Source of the DNA: Ylistrum balloti
Lineage: Eukaryota
NCBI RefSeq assembly: GCF_031769215.1
Contig: NW_026782110.1
Span: 372,001-436,000, forward strand
Length of the DNA stretch: 64,000 bases
Reading direction: 5' to 3'
Position numbers and translations under genes: made by a program. Shown here in pieces: positions 25,178-36,384 of this stretch. The notes below the pieces were generated by a model that saw nothing but the letters and a program-made list of their open reading frames with translations, was not told where the DNA came from and made no database searches. Each line of letters starts with the position of its first letter. The stretch's first letter is position 1.

Positions 25178-26329
25178 ATTATCATTATTATTATTACATT
25201 CTTAACGGCTCGTCAACATATAAAATGTCATTAGGGCCATCAAACGGTAAAACACACAACGATCCAAAGGAAAATTGACATTAAACAAACCAAAAGGTAA
25301 AAGACAAATGTTAAATATCTTAAATGGGTATGTTAACACAAAAGATTAAAATGGTACGCCTTAATCTATTATATAGACCAACATCTTTCAGGTAATCTAG
25401 AGTTTTACAAATTTCAACAGTTTCAAAAAGGGATTTTAGACTTGAAATGTTACGGTTAAAACGTTCTCGAGTAGACCGAAGGTCACTGCAGTCAAATAAA
25501 ATGGTTAACGGTGAATGGCTCATCACATCCTATGCACAAAGGATTATCTTCGCCTTTCAACATATGACGCAACTCTTAATGTAATAACGGCGTTAATGTA
25601 ATAATTGTAACATTAAGCGTTGCGACCGTTACGCTTAATGTAATAAACTTATCTTTATTACATTAAGAGTTGCAATTGTTACGCTTAGAGTAATACAAAA
25701 TAAATTATTACACTAAGCGTTGTGGTTGTATTTAAATTACCGCTAATGTAACAATTTTTATACTGTTACGGTACAATTAATCAATGTGTTTGTACTGTGA
25801 TACTATTACTCACTTACAGACCTTCACCATATAACGATGAAGTTCTTGTTGCCTTAAAAGCATATGGATGTTGTGCTGGCACATGTTTCTAAGTTTAATA
25901 TCACATCTATCTTGTTGATCATGAATGGTTTGAATAAAATTTGTTTTATTATTTATCCAGATTACATCGTGTCTTCAACGGTGATCTGTGAGGAGACTAG
26001 GTTTCCATGAATACAATATTGCAATGTTATGTTATGCAGTGTTGATCATTTAAAGAGGATAAGATTATATGCAGTTTGATCGCGTGTAAATTCTTCTTCT
26101 TAATCTAAAAGGTACAGCCAAAACCTGTGACCTTCCAAAAAAAGCGAATATTTTTTTCAAACACAATATGTTGGTTTTAAGAATTATTGTGATACATTTT
26201 GGCTAAAAAAGCTATTTTCGAAAAGTCTTATCAATGCAACTATATCTTAGCAACAGCATAACAAAAAAACAACACAAAGCAATAACCTTTTGATTCCGTG
26301 ACCTTGAAAGTTGGACCAAAAAAGGGTGG

Positions 26330-26555
26330 TGTTGTATTGTCGATTAACGTCCGCGCAACAGCTTAAGTCATTTGCAGATAATGTCATAGGTACATGGCAT
26401 GCATGGCTGACTCAATACATGTACCCAACCCACTACCCACACCGTTATACTGACTCCAGGCCGTTCAGTTCCTTGTCTTTGCAGTATTAATGTTTTAAGG
26501 GGGAAGCTTCGAGTACCATTTTAAACGTCTTTGATATGACACGGCTGACGCGGGT
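26330..26555 (-). mobile_element. Degenerate SINE (Meta/Inv-type central domain) nested in the TIR element
   Basis: Minus strand GCCGTGTCATATCAAAGACGTTTAAAATGGTACTCGAAGCTTCC resembles the invertebrate SINE core GGTCATACCAAAGACTTTAAAAATGGTAC (from memory). Confidence 0.5.
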
Positions 26556-26599
26556 CATCATAATGTGTATGCATACAAAAAGTGAGGTAACTGGCATTT

Positions 26600-26756
26600 T
26601 AGCCACATGCAAGGTTTGATGGCATTCTAATCATTAATCTAATCATAACTGAAGCTATCATCGGAAAACAAAAGTGCTGACGTCCGTACGTCCGGACGGA
26701 CGGACGGACAGGGGGATTCCTATAGGGCTTCCGCATCTCGATGTGGGGCCCTAAAA
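26600..26756 (-). mobile_element. HINE/DINE-1-like terminal fragment nested in the TIR element
   Basis: Minus strand: T-run, hairpin AGGGC-CCCACATC/GATGCGG-GCCCT, then (TCCG)n microsatellite, the typical HINE 5' module order. Confidence 0.65.
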
Positions 26757-27427
26757 ATACCCAAAATGACATAACAATACAAAACCGAAGACTCCATATA
26801 TCCCCCTTCATTTCGGATTTTATTACACTGAGGACCTTCTTATATTTGTCAATAGTACAGTTTCGGCGCTAAATGTAATTAAAAAAAAATTATTAAATTA
26901 AATGTAACAGTTGCCCCGCTTACTGTAATAAAATAACTTTACTACATTAAGCGTAGCCGTTGCAACGCTTATTGTAATAATTACTACATTAAGCGCCGTT
27001 ATTACATTAAGAGTTGCATCAACATATATGAATGTGTAAGGTATGTAGGACCCATTCGAAGACGTGCAAGGACAACTTCGTCACGGTGGTTGTCTCTGTA
27101 GCCTGGAGACCATTCACTGATAACAGGTTTAACGGAGTGCAATTTTAAGCTACATGAAAATCTACATACAATATTTATTTTATAATTCGTCTCAATACAG
27201 TTACGATAAATCTTGTTTAAACTAAAAGCGCACATTTTATTATAACGTTTGTCATATACTGATAACTTCAAACGTATTTCGTATCTCTTCATACGAGGTT
27301 TCGGGACACATGGATATACCTTCTGTACTACACGTACTCTGAATGTCGGGTGCTTGAGATCTCGGGGAAATATTGATAGAAGTTATATATATTAAGGGAT
27401 TGATTAACACTGTTCAAACTTCAATAT

Positions 27428-28130
27428 TTATTAGCTCACCTAGCACGAAGGGCCAGGTGAACTGTGGTGTGGCATGCCATGTACATACATCGTTCATCAT
27501 AGGTCCGGTATCAACTATTCCATTTAACCAACTTCTTCTCAGTAACCAAAATACACTGAGAATTGACTGGAAGGCTCATGGGATGGAGCTCAAAAAGGTT
27601 TGCGAAAAGAAATGACTTTGATCCATTTTGAAGGTCACAGGAGTCAAGTTTGTTAAAAAAATTAATTTCTCCTAAATAAGCAAAATGCATAGAATCATGA
27701 TATTTGACCGGAAGGCTCTGGGATGTGGTCCGAGAAAGTTTTGAAAATAATTAAATTGACTTCTGTCACAAGAAACATATTTGTTAGAACGTTCAAGCAA
27801 CTTCCTAACAACCAACAGGCATAGAACCGTGATATTTGGCCGAAAGGGTCTGAGATAAGTATGGGGATTTTTCTGAGAAAAAAAGAACATTTACTTACAT
27901 AGATCATGAGTGAAATTAGAGATTAATTTACCCTTATCGAAAGCCACATCAGTCTTTGTTCAAACATTCAAACAACTTCTCAGTAACCAAAAATCCTAGA
28001 ATTATTATATTTTGGGGTTGGAAGATTCTGGGATGAAGCATGAGAAAGTTTTTGAAAAAATAAATCAGATTGACTTATAAAGTCACAATGATAAAATCTG
28101 TTGGGGTCTTCTAACGACTTCTTGTCAATA
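27428..28130 (+). mobile_element. HINE/pearl-like element with about 140-bp internal repeats
   Basis: Starts TTTATTAGCTCACCTAGCACGAAGGGCCAGGTGAACT (internal CACCT/AGGTG inverted repeat); CAACTTCTTCTCAGTAACCAAAA and TTTGAAGGTCACAGG modules are shared with the 15124 copy. Confidence 0.7.
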
Positions 28131-30209
28131 CCCGAAAGAATTTAAACACAAATCTAACGTTAGATATAGAAGAGCGAAATAATGAATGAAACAGCTGTTA
28201 TGTAAGGAAGCGAAATAGACTCGCATAGGGATAACTACATGAATGAATATCTGGCGGTCACCACATTGATATTGGATGGCTGTCACATACTTATCTCTTG
28301 GCCACCAGACATACACAACATATTTGTACATCCCAGGCTGTAATAGTCCAAACTTATGAAATATAAAATGTTGCTTCACCCTTCGTTCCTTAATGTGGCA
28401 GTGCAATCGGCAGATCATTGTAGCAGAAAACATATTTAAAGGTCAAAAAAAGGTCAAGCCATCTGGCGTCTGTCAGATACTTAAGTTGTGAATTTTTGCG
28501 TTAAGGAAAAACATTTCTTTACAATATACTTTATGATGTTACTGCTGATTGTGATTCTAGTTTGAACGTCTACCCACTTGAACAAATTGTTCTGAAACAT
28601 CTTAAACATTAAAATTCGACATTTCAAAAATAGCGTGTGCGAAACGCATCTTAGGGTGTCGTGAGGAAGATGGTTTGTATGTGTGATACACTTGAAGTTG
28701 TCTGTTCAAGACAACCAATGTTGTAAAATTTGCACTTTTAGTCCTAAGGAAACATCAGTTATATCAGCATAAAAACGTTACTAAATAATATATATTTTCA
28801 TTGTATTAATGCAGTCACAGCTAACCCCGACTGACTGGTCGACTTTCAATATTAGTATCGATATATCTATTTCCGATGGACTAAAGAAACCAGGTAAGTT
28901 CGCGCCCCGGGTACATCAATAAACACCAGTTCCAAGCGCACGTTCTGGTGATTATTTATAGACGTATGATAAACCATGGGATCTATCTTGATTTGTCGAT
29001 CATCCCCGATAAAGCATCCGTCTTCAATCGTAAATCGCATGTCAATCGGCATCAATAATATTTTGTCTGTATCACAGGAACTTGGCGCGAATTCCCAACC
29101 CAAAAAAGGTTTTAACTCGTTGTCATTATAATACGTATGTACACGTGTATGGACTGTGGGTTGGAAATTCGTGTTTAGTCCCTGTTTTACATTATACGAC
29201 CTCGTGATTCGTTTGATGTACAGAAAAGTATTAAGCTACTAGTCTCGTCTTATCAACAAGGTGTCGCACATGGCACCTTCAATGTCGCCATGAAATGTTC
29301 CAGAGATGCTGAAAGCGATAGTGATCATAACCCTTGGAGTATCGTGGCTGGGAGAGCCATGCATCTGGAATGACGGACATTATTCTACATACAATGTACA
29401 CGAGTTCATCTCTAGAATTTGTACATACTGTATTCTCTTGTTCCGAACTATGTTCTCCCGTGACACACATGAGAATATCTCCTGATGACGTTCACAAATC
29501 TATACCACACTTCATCAACCTACATCTCTTTAAACATTACATTAGAAATTTTCTGAAATAACCATGAAGTTGAAGTCTCAAATCTGTTTACTCCGATTAT
29601 TCCGGTTTGAAATTAAGCAACGGAGGGAAAAGTGTGTGAGAACTGCTTGGAATTTCTATATAATGACTGTTGATTTTACAAGGCAATGCTCGTGGATTCC
29701 CGGGTATGAGGGAATGTCACACATTCCACGAATCATTGGTGATAGCTCTTTATTCTGCACACCCACGAGCTTAACTTCAAGAATATCATGAGATGAAAGA
29801 CTCTGTCCACATTACACTGAGGTAACATATTATATAAATGCACACCTGGTTATTGATAATTTTATCATTCTGTTGAGAACCTTTCTAAATATACAATGTA
29901 CATGATGCTCACAATGACTGAACAATTGTAAAAAGATTAACACCAACAAACCCGATAATATTGTCATCCTACCAACCATCAAATAGTACCCATATAAACA
30001 GACGGCCCAGTCAATATTTGTAGTGTCATGTACACCCATCGATCGTTATTAGCCATTAACGTCCAACACGGTTGTTTAAGGTCGTAACTATTGAACCTTT
30101 CAATCAACGTAGTCCAGATTCCTTTAGATGTGATGGGCACTATTGATTAAAGTTGATGACTGAACAGGGACTACCTGCTATGGGGAAATGTACACCAGTA
30201 CTTCACTAT

Positions 30210-30900
30210 TGTGACGGAAATGTATGTATATATAGCACTAATTTGCCACCCAGCGTAAGCTGTAAATTATCATTAGAAATCGGATAGCGTGGTCAACACG
30301 TTAATTGAGGGGTACTATCGGAAATATTTAGATTTCTTGAGGTGCAAACAGGGAGCTGAATTGTAATGTGTATTTGGTGGATAAAATCGGACACCTGAGT
30401 GCTACCTGATCAGGTAATAATTTGTAATATTGCATTTTGTTTCTATAGCTCGTTCTGTGTGTAGAGATGGGTTTGTATACCTAGAATACCTGGACGTAAC
30501 CTTCAGTATCAAACCGCTACACTGGCTGGAGATAGTTATAGTAGGACAGTAAGGAAGGAACTCAACAGAGGAAGTATATCATTATTAGTACGTTAAGCCT
30601 GAGCGGGACACTAGTTTCGTGTTGAGGTATTTGGGCATTGATTAAATTATTTCCTAATGTTTGTTACCTTGGGAATTTGATTGCAGTCACCAATTATTAT
30701 CATTATTATTATTTCTAGTTAATATTGAATTAAGTGGTATATTTCATTCTTCTTTTACAGAAGAAACAAAACTCAGAGGACACCATATTTAGACGTTGTT
30801 TAGACAATTTCTCTTCAAGGAAATCCGTCCAGCTGACCAACATCATCAGTAGATGTACTGACCCGTAAGTAAATAGATAATGAAACGTGTCTTAACGACA
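30210..30900 (+). mobile_element. Probable solo LTR (691 bp), Gypsy or BEL/Pao
   Basis: TGTGACGG...TTAACGACA termini, imperfect 4-bp TSD CTAT/CTGT, TATATATAG near the 5' end, several internal splice signals. Confidence 0.55.
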
Positions 30901-30939
30901 CTGTTATCTTATGTGCGAAAACATTATTAAACGGTCGCT

Positions 30940-31150
30940 CTCTGTGTGCTGTTAAATTTCAACCTTGTCCATAACTTTGCCGTAAGAGGCATTGCTTTCA
31001 TATTTGACATGTGTGTTTTTTGTGACAATACCTTTCCGATGGTACCAAAAGTTTTGACCATTTGACCTTGACCGTGAACCTTTGACCTACATTTGAAAGT
31101 GAAAAAACATCATTACCTACAGTGAAGACATAAGCGTTTCATAAAGTGTC
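30940..31150. mobile_element. Fragment of a second HINE/satellite-core family
   Basis: CCATAACTTTG...TTTCATATTTGACATG...TTGACCATTTGACCTTGACCGTGAACCTTTGACCTACATTTGAAA, the GACCTTGA-rich core typical of bivalve dispersed repeats. Confidence 0.5.
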
Positions 31151-31189
31151 CATGTAATTAGCACATGCTTCACACAGTACAATTTCTTC

Positions 31190-32197
31190 TTTTTTATGCA
31201 TGTGAAGTTTGGGGTAGCCTCAAAGCGACTGAGTTGGAAAAAATCCATCTTGAGTTTTGTAAAAATCTGCTTGGTGTTAAGAAGTTATTTGAACTAGGAT
31301 TTGGATACGTGTGGATAAGGCAGTCTCCATCCGATGTTATTCTTTTCACTAGTATTAAACAGAGAATAGAAGATCAGGCTAATCAAATGCTGTTTAATTC
31401 TTTGCAAATTACTAGCAAATGTTATATGTATAGGCATATTGTTGATAAGGTAACTCTGCAATTTTATTTATCAAAATCCTTACCTAAACAAAGAAGAATT
31501 ATGATAAGCAAATTTCGTCTTGCTTCTCATAACCTGGGCATAGAGTCTGGTAGATACAGAAATATAGATAGGCATCTTCGACTTTGTTTAAATTGTAATT
31601 CTATGGATATAGAAGATGAATTTCATTTTCTCCTTGTTTGCCAGAGTTATGTAGACCTGAGGAAAAAGTACATTAAGAGTTATTTTTGGCGTAAGCCATC
31701 AGTTTTCAAAATGGTCGATCTTTTGAACTCTCAGAACCTAAAGGAATTAAATTTGCTAGGTAAGTTTATGATAGAAGCACACAAGCGTAGAATTGTATAA
31801 TTGTATTGTATTTTTTATCCGTCTGACTACTTTCCGTCTCTCCGACTTTTTCAATAGGTTTGTCCGGCCGCCCGTCGTCTTGACAGATTTTGCTAGTCTA
31901 GATCTGTTTTGCTACTATTTACATGTATTTCCTAAGTGTAGTATAAGGTATACAAATTGTCCATTTAAATTGCAATGCTGTGCGCAATATGACATATAAA
32001 TCATAATAACCTGTTTTTCTTGCTCCCTTTGTATAAATACTTACTTTTGTCGATACTATTGGCGTTGTACGTTATTATTCTTACACAGCTATGCCTTCAA
32101 ATGTATCTGATTATTTGTATTATTTGATTTATGTACATGTACTGATGGGCTGTAACGCCTAAACTTAATAAATGATGAAATGATGATGATGATGATA
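31190..32197 (+). mobile_element. 5'-truncated L2/Daphne/CR1-group LINE: ORF2 C-terminus, 3' UTR and (TGA)n tail
   Basis: YACEVWG...LEKIHLEFCKNLLGVKK...ISKFRLASHNLGIESGRY...RLCLNCNSMDIEDEFHFLLVC...LRKKYI; AATAAA at 32166 followed by (ATG)n. Confidence 0.85.
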
Positions 32198-33269
32198 ATT
32201 TTAATGTCCCACCGCACCTTGTCACCTGTCACTACACGGCTTCCGTACCAACGTTTAAAGAAACAGCACCATGTCTCTAGTTCAGAAAGCATGCAAGGAA
32301 GGGAAACTTTGATAGAGACAAAGAGTTGTTTTTGTTCTAAATCTCAAGTAAAGGAATGGATCATAGATGGAATGCTTATTTACTACAACGATTCTTCACA
32401 CGAAGGTACATGTAATATCGTACAAGCGTTTTTTGAAAAAAAAAGAAGAACAAATTAGTTAAAAAAAAAAAAAAAACAAAAAAAAACTCCAGACCTAAGT
32501 CCCTAGGTTATTATTGTTCGCTTTGCCGAAGAAAATGTTCACTAGGTGCCGCAGTATTCGACTGTCACACCAGCATACATACCAACTAGAGATTACCGCA
32601 AAACGTGTTCGTCATGGATATTGTGACTGCGAAAGTATGTTTCTGACAAGGGTGGAATACTTAGAGGGATTGAAAAAGAAAAAAGAAAAAAAAACGCGAT
32701 TTGACGCTATAAATCCTACATCTGATTTATGACATTATTTGGAGAGTTTGTTAAAGTTTAAAGGCCCTTGTAGTGATAGAATTAATCTCCGCAGTAATGT
32801 CGATCATTTGTTAATCACAAAAACACCATAAGATTGTTCTATATTGTCTTTTATCGTTATGGTAATAATGCCACTCAGTAGTCGGCGTATATCTCTAAGA
32901 ATTAGTTCATGTCTATCATAGTTTTACGGGAATCATGAAATACAGGCACCCTAAGAAACACTAGTCTTTATTTATTTGCTAGCTTTGTAGTCTTTTCAGC
33001 CATTCCAATTATCTTTACTTTACGTTTTATCGTCGTGATTTCAGTTATACCGCTCTCAGAAGTATGTCATTGGCCTATTGGAATACCGGTATACAGTCTC
33101 CACAGAGATTTTTCATAGTTATAGACCCACGATTTTAGTGGATATATTATTTTTTGTGTATTGAACAATAGTTATAATAAAATGTACACTAGATCTAATA
33201 AATGTAATTTATTCTTTTTTACTTTATTGTATCCATTTTAAAATCTAATTCTATTTTTTTTATTAACAG

Positions 33270-33357
33270 GTGTAATTCACTTGTGTCTTTTGTTCAATCT
33301 TTTAAAGAACGCCAAGAACATCTACATATCTTAAACAAATTCTACTGTCAACAAAAT
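33270..33357 (+). other. Candidate isolated exon (parent gene uncertain; possibly upstream exon of gene C)
   Basis: Branch-like CTAAT, T-rich tract, AACAG| acceptor and AAT|GTAAGA donor; one frame open (CNSLVSFVQSFKERQEHLHILNKFYCQQN). Confidence 0.4.
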
Positions 33358-35094
33358 GTAAGATATTACACACAGGGTTACGGCAATTACAGTGTATCCT
33401 TTAATTGTTTCGTTGTTAAAGGACTTGTCCGTTGTCCTTGGTCAGGCTGTTTATTATGTAAACCGTAAGTCTTTTCAGATAAGGTCCGCCATATGTCGTA
33501 CTTCGTTCTTACGTCAACAAGTTTGTTATCGCTATTTCATGAGAAGACATGCAAGTTCTTCGTCGTCCCTAGTTGCGCTTCCCTGGTTTTAGGACCGAAC
33601 AGATAAACAATATGGTCAATGGGCGACCATAATCAATAATTAAGAGCATAAACGGAGGCAGGAGGAAAATGTCCTAAATTTAAAGAACAAATAAAGATTA
33701 TACAATAGGCTTCATGATTTCTTTGTGATTTCTTGTTTAAAGAACTCGTCAGCAACACATGGAATTAATAGAATGATACCTCTCATAATAGCGTTGAATA
33801 AATTTTGTTCTGATATTTTTTTTTATTTTCGTCTATTGTGTTCATTTGAGAAGCATTTACTGAATTTCCTTTCTGGTAAGTCCTGTGATTTCTTGATATC
33901 AAGTTATGATTTTTCAGAAGTAATACTGATCAGCATTTGTCTCGAAGTTTCCCTGTATAATAACATATTGTTTTTCTTTGATTTTTTAGAGAAAGAAATA
34001 GAATGGAAAACCTTTTTGTGACAGAATTTTTAATATCGTTATATTTCAGTACCCTTATATTTATACAAAACATGAAATTAATTGAAAAAAAAAATTATTG
34101 ATGAATATTTCGCTTATAACATGAAACAAATAATCACTTACTCCATCTTTGTTCAGTGTATATTTGGTTGATGAAAAAGAAACAATTTTTTATCAACTTG
34201 TAACTGGTGTTACTAACGTAATATTGACTTTTAAATGTTTAATTTCAAAGTTGCCTCCCCTTATTCCTTCAAGAGCTAAGCGGGGTTATAGTTATCTGAA
34301 CGGTAGAAACAAACTTTCGGTGTCGCCGATTTATTTTGCCGACCTATACTGATCATTATGTACTGTGTCGTGACAATGAAGTGTTGTAGTCTTGATTATC
34401 CCGAGACCTGCTTCATACTGAGATCTGATATTCAAATACATACACAAAAGTCTAGAATTACTTCAACCATACAATATGTTTCATATTGATGAATTTTGAT
34501 TTCCAAATATGTAAAAGTTATTTCAAGTTATCATTTCTTTACGTACTGTGCTTGTTAGAATATTGGTGGTTTTGTGGTCACTCTCAGAACGGGAACGTCA
34601 TCCATGAAAATTGCTTACATGAATTCCCCTAGTAAGTTTTGTGTTGTCTCTAGGCATACTTCATTTTTATTTAAGATTCATTTCTGCCTTGTATCCTTAG
34701 TTGTTCTATTTTTAGATAAAGGAAATCGTGAAAAGGGTTCACGAGTGAACTGCATCTTAAATACAAATTTCGAGCCAAACAATAAATTAAGACATGGCAA
34801 ACCTTGAGGACAGAAGGTTACTTCCGGTATCATCCACATGCAAACTTGAAAGCTGTACAAAAACACACATGTGAATAGCATTTTAATACAGATTTAGCTT
34901 TGATTCAGTAGAGTCAAATAATGAATTAACAGGAGGTGACTGAGGAAGATCCGAGCTGATCAAAATTCAATAAATTCCATAATCACATTTATATTCTTTC
35001 AGAAGATTGTACAAATGACACACAGGAGATTTTTTATTTATATTATATCGTAATTTAGAATGAGATACAGTAGAGCCAAACAATAAATTAAACT

Positions 35095-35138
35095 GCATCA
35101 CACAGCTGTTTCGTCCTTCTAGGACTCGTCAGCGATGC
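35095..35138 (-). ncRNA. Minimal type I hammerhead ribozyme motif (cleavage triplet mutated to GUG)
   Basis: GCAUCG CUGACGA GUCC-UAGAA-GGAC GAAAC-AGCU-GUG UGAUGC: stems I, II and III all pair. Confidence 0.8.
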
Positions 35139-36384
35139 TAAAATTTTGGTCCCTATGAGGCGACTTAGGAAAATCCAAAGTGATCAAAAGAAAATCAAGA
35201 CGGGGAGATGCAGCAGCTCCATAATTAGATAAATTTCGTATTCCTCATACATCATGATAGCTTTAGAAAAGCGTCAAGAACAAGTGTATTTTCTGAAGCG
35301 TACCACAATTCGAGTGAATTAAAACATGGCCAGGTAACATAAGAAATGTGTACACCAAACCCGACTATTTTATATTACTGTGGGATACATCGCCAATGAT
35401 AGCGACAAGACGATATCACCACTTTTCCTTAATTTTTACCTTAAGCACAATGATTCAATAAAAATAGAATGCACCATTTTGATACTTCTTAAAGATAATA
35501 GTTATAAGCTATGCTATGCTTATGTTGATATATAAATAATTCAGGTATATTTTAACATGTAATATCGATGTGTAACACTCTCGGGACAAGTATCAACTTT
35601 TTCATACCTTGATAGTACTTCAGCCGTACCAGTGTATTTGCTATAACAACATGTTGAGGAGACAAAGAGCTGGGTAAGCCAGGATCGATAGGTATAATCA
35701 ACACGGACTTTTATTCCCTCCATATCTACGTGACTCTGGAGCACTTTCACTATGCGTGCCATAACTAGTGTTATAAACAAGAGTCCGTTAGCCAGAATGG
35801 AAAACAATAAACAAATGTTGTTTTTAGATTACTTCCAGTGCCACGTTTGTCATGTTCTTATTCTGTATTATAGGATGATAGTATTCTGGTGTGAACGGAT
35901 TTCAATTAGTGGAGTTAAGGACAGGTAGGAAATAATTTCAATTAGTGGAGTTAAGGACAGGTAAGGAACCATTTGAATTATTGACAATTTATAGGTGTTA
36001 ATGGGCGAACACACCATTAGTTAGCTGGTTCGATTCCCATTGGTGATTTAGTGATATACAGGGTAGTCAAACGGCCGAGTTCATGGCTTACACTCAGCCC
36101 ATGATATGATCTGGGACAGCACGAACATAAAAGGTCACGGGGAGGTGACACAAGAATCCGCCAGGTTTGTGGGTTCATCTGGAATACAGAGTTTTTAACA
36201 ATTAACATCACCTATTCATATTTTGAACAAAACTTCGATTCCTATGTTCACGGTGATATATTTAGATATATCACGACAGATTTGATTAAAGAGTAAAGCG
36301 ACCGAAAGTTATAGGAGATGGGGGTGTGTGTGAGAAATAATTATGTATCAAATCATTGCATAAACAACCAAGTACAATATCTAA

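Larger units (their letters stand above)
25566..27020. mobile_element. Non-autonomous DNA transposon with about 125-bp modular TIRs and a 7-bp TSD (AACATAT)
   Basis: Left end GACGCAACTCTTAATGTAATAACGGCG matches the reverse complement of the right end GATGCAACTCTTAATGTAATAACGGCG; AACATAT at 25559-25565 and 27021-27027. Confidence 0.88.
25178..27150 (-). mobile_element. 5'-truncated I/Nimb-clade-like LINE (ORF2 C-terminus), split by an inserted TIR element
   Basis: Minus strand KLHSVKPVISEWSPGYRDNHRDEVVLARLRMGPTYLTHSYML (27150-27021) continues as KGEDNPLCIGCDEPFTVNH/ILFDCSDLRSTRERF...DYLKDVGLYNRL (25565-25350), followed by a 3' UTR and (TAA)n tail at about 25178-25197. Confidence 0.8.

Noticed and set aside
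28867-29791. Several 60-80 aa ORFs in a GC-richer patch
   Set aside because: No recognisable motif or splice framework; probably decayed TE sequence that could not be classified.
36010-36060. GGTTCGATTCCC B-box suggesting a tRNA gene
   Set aside because: No cloverleaf or clear A-box; at most a decayed SINE head.
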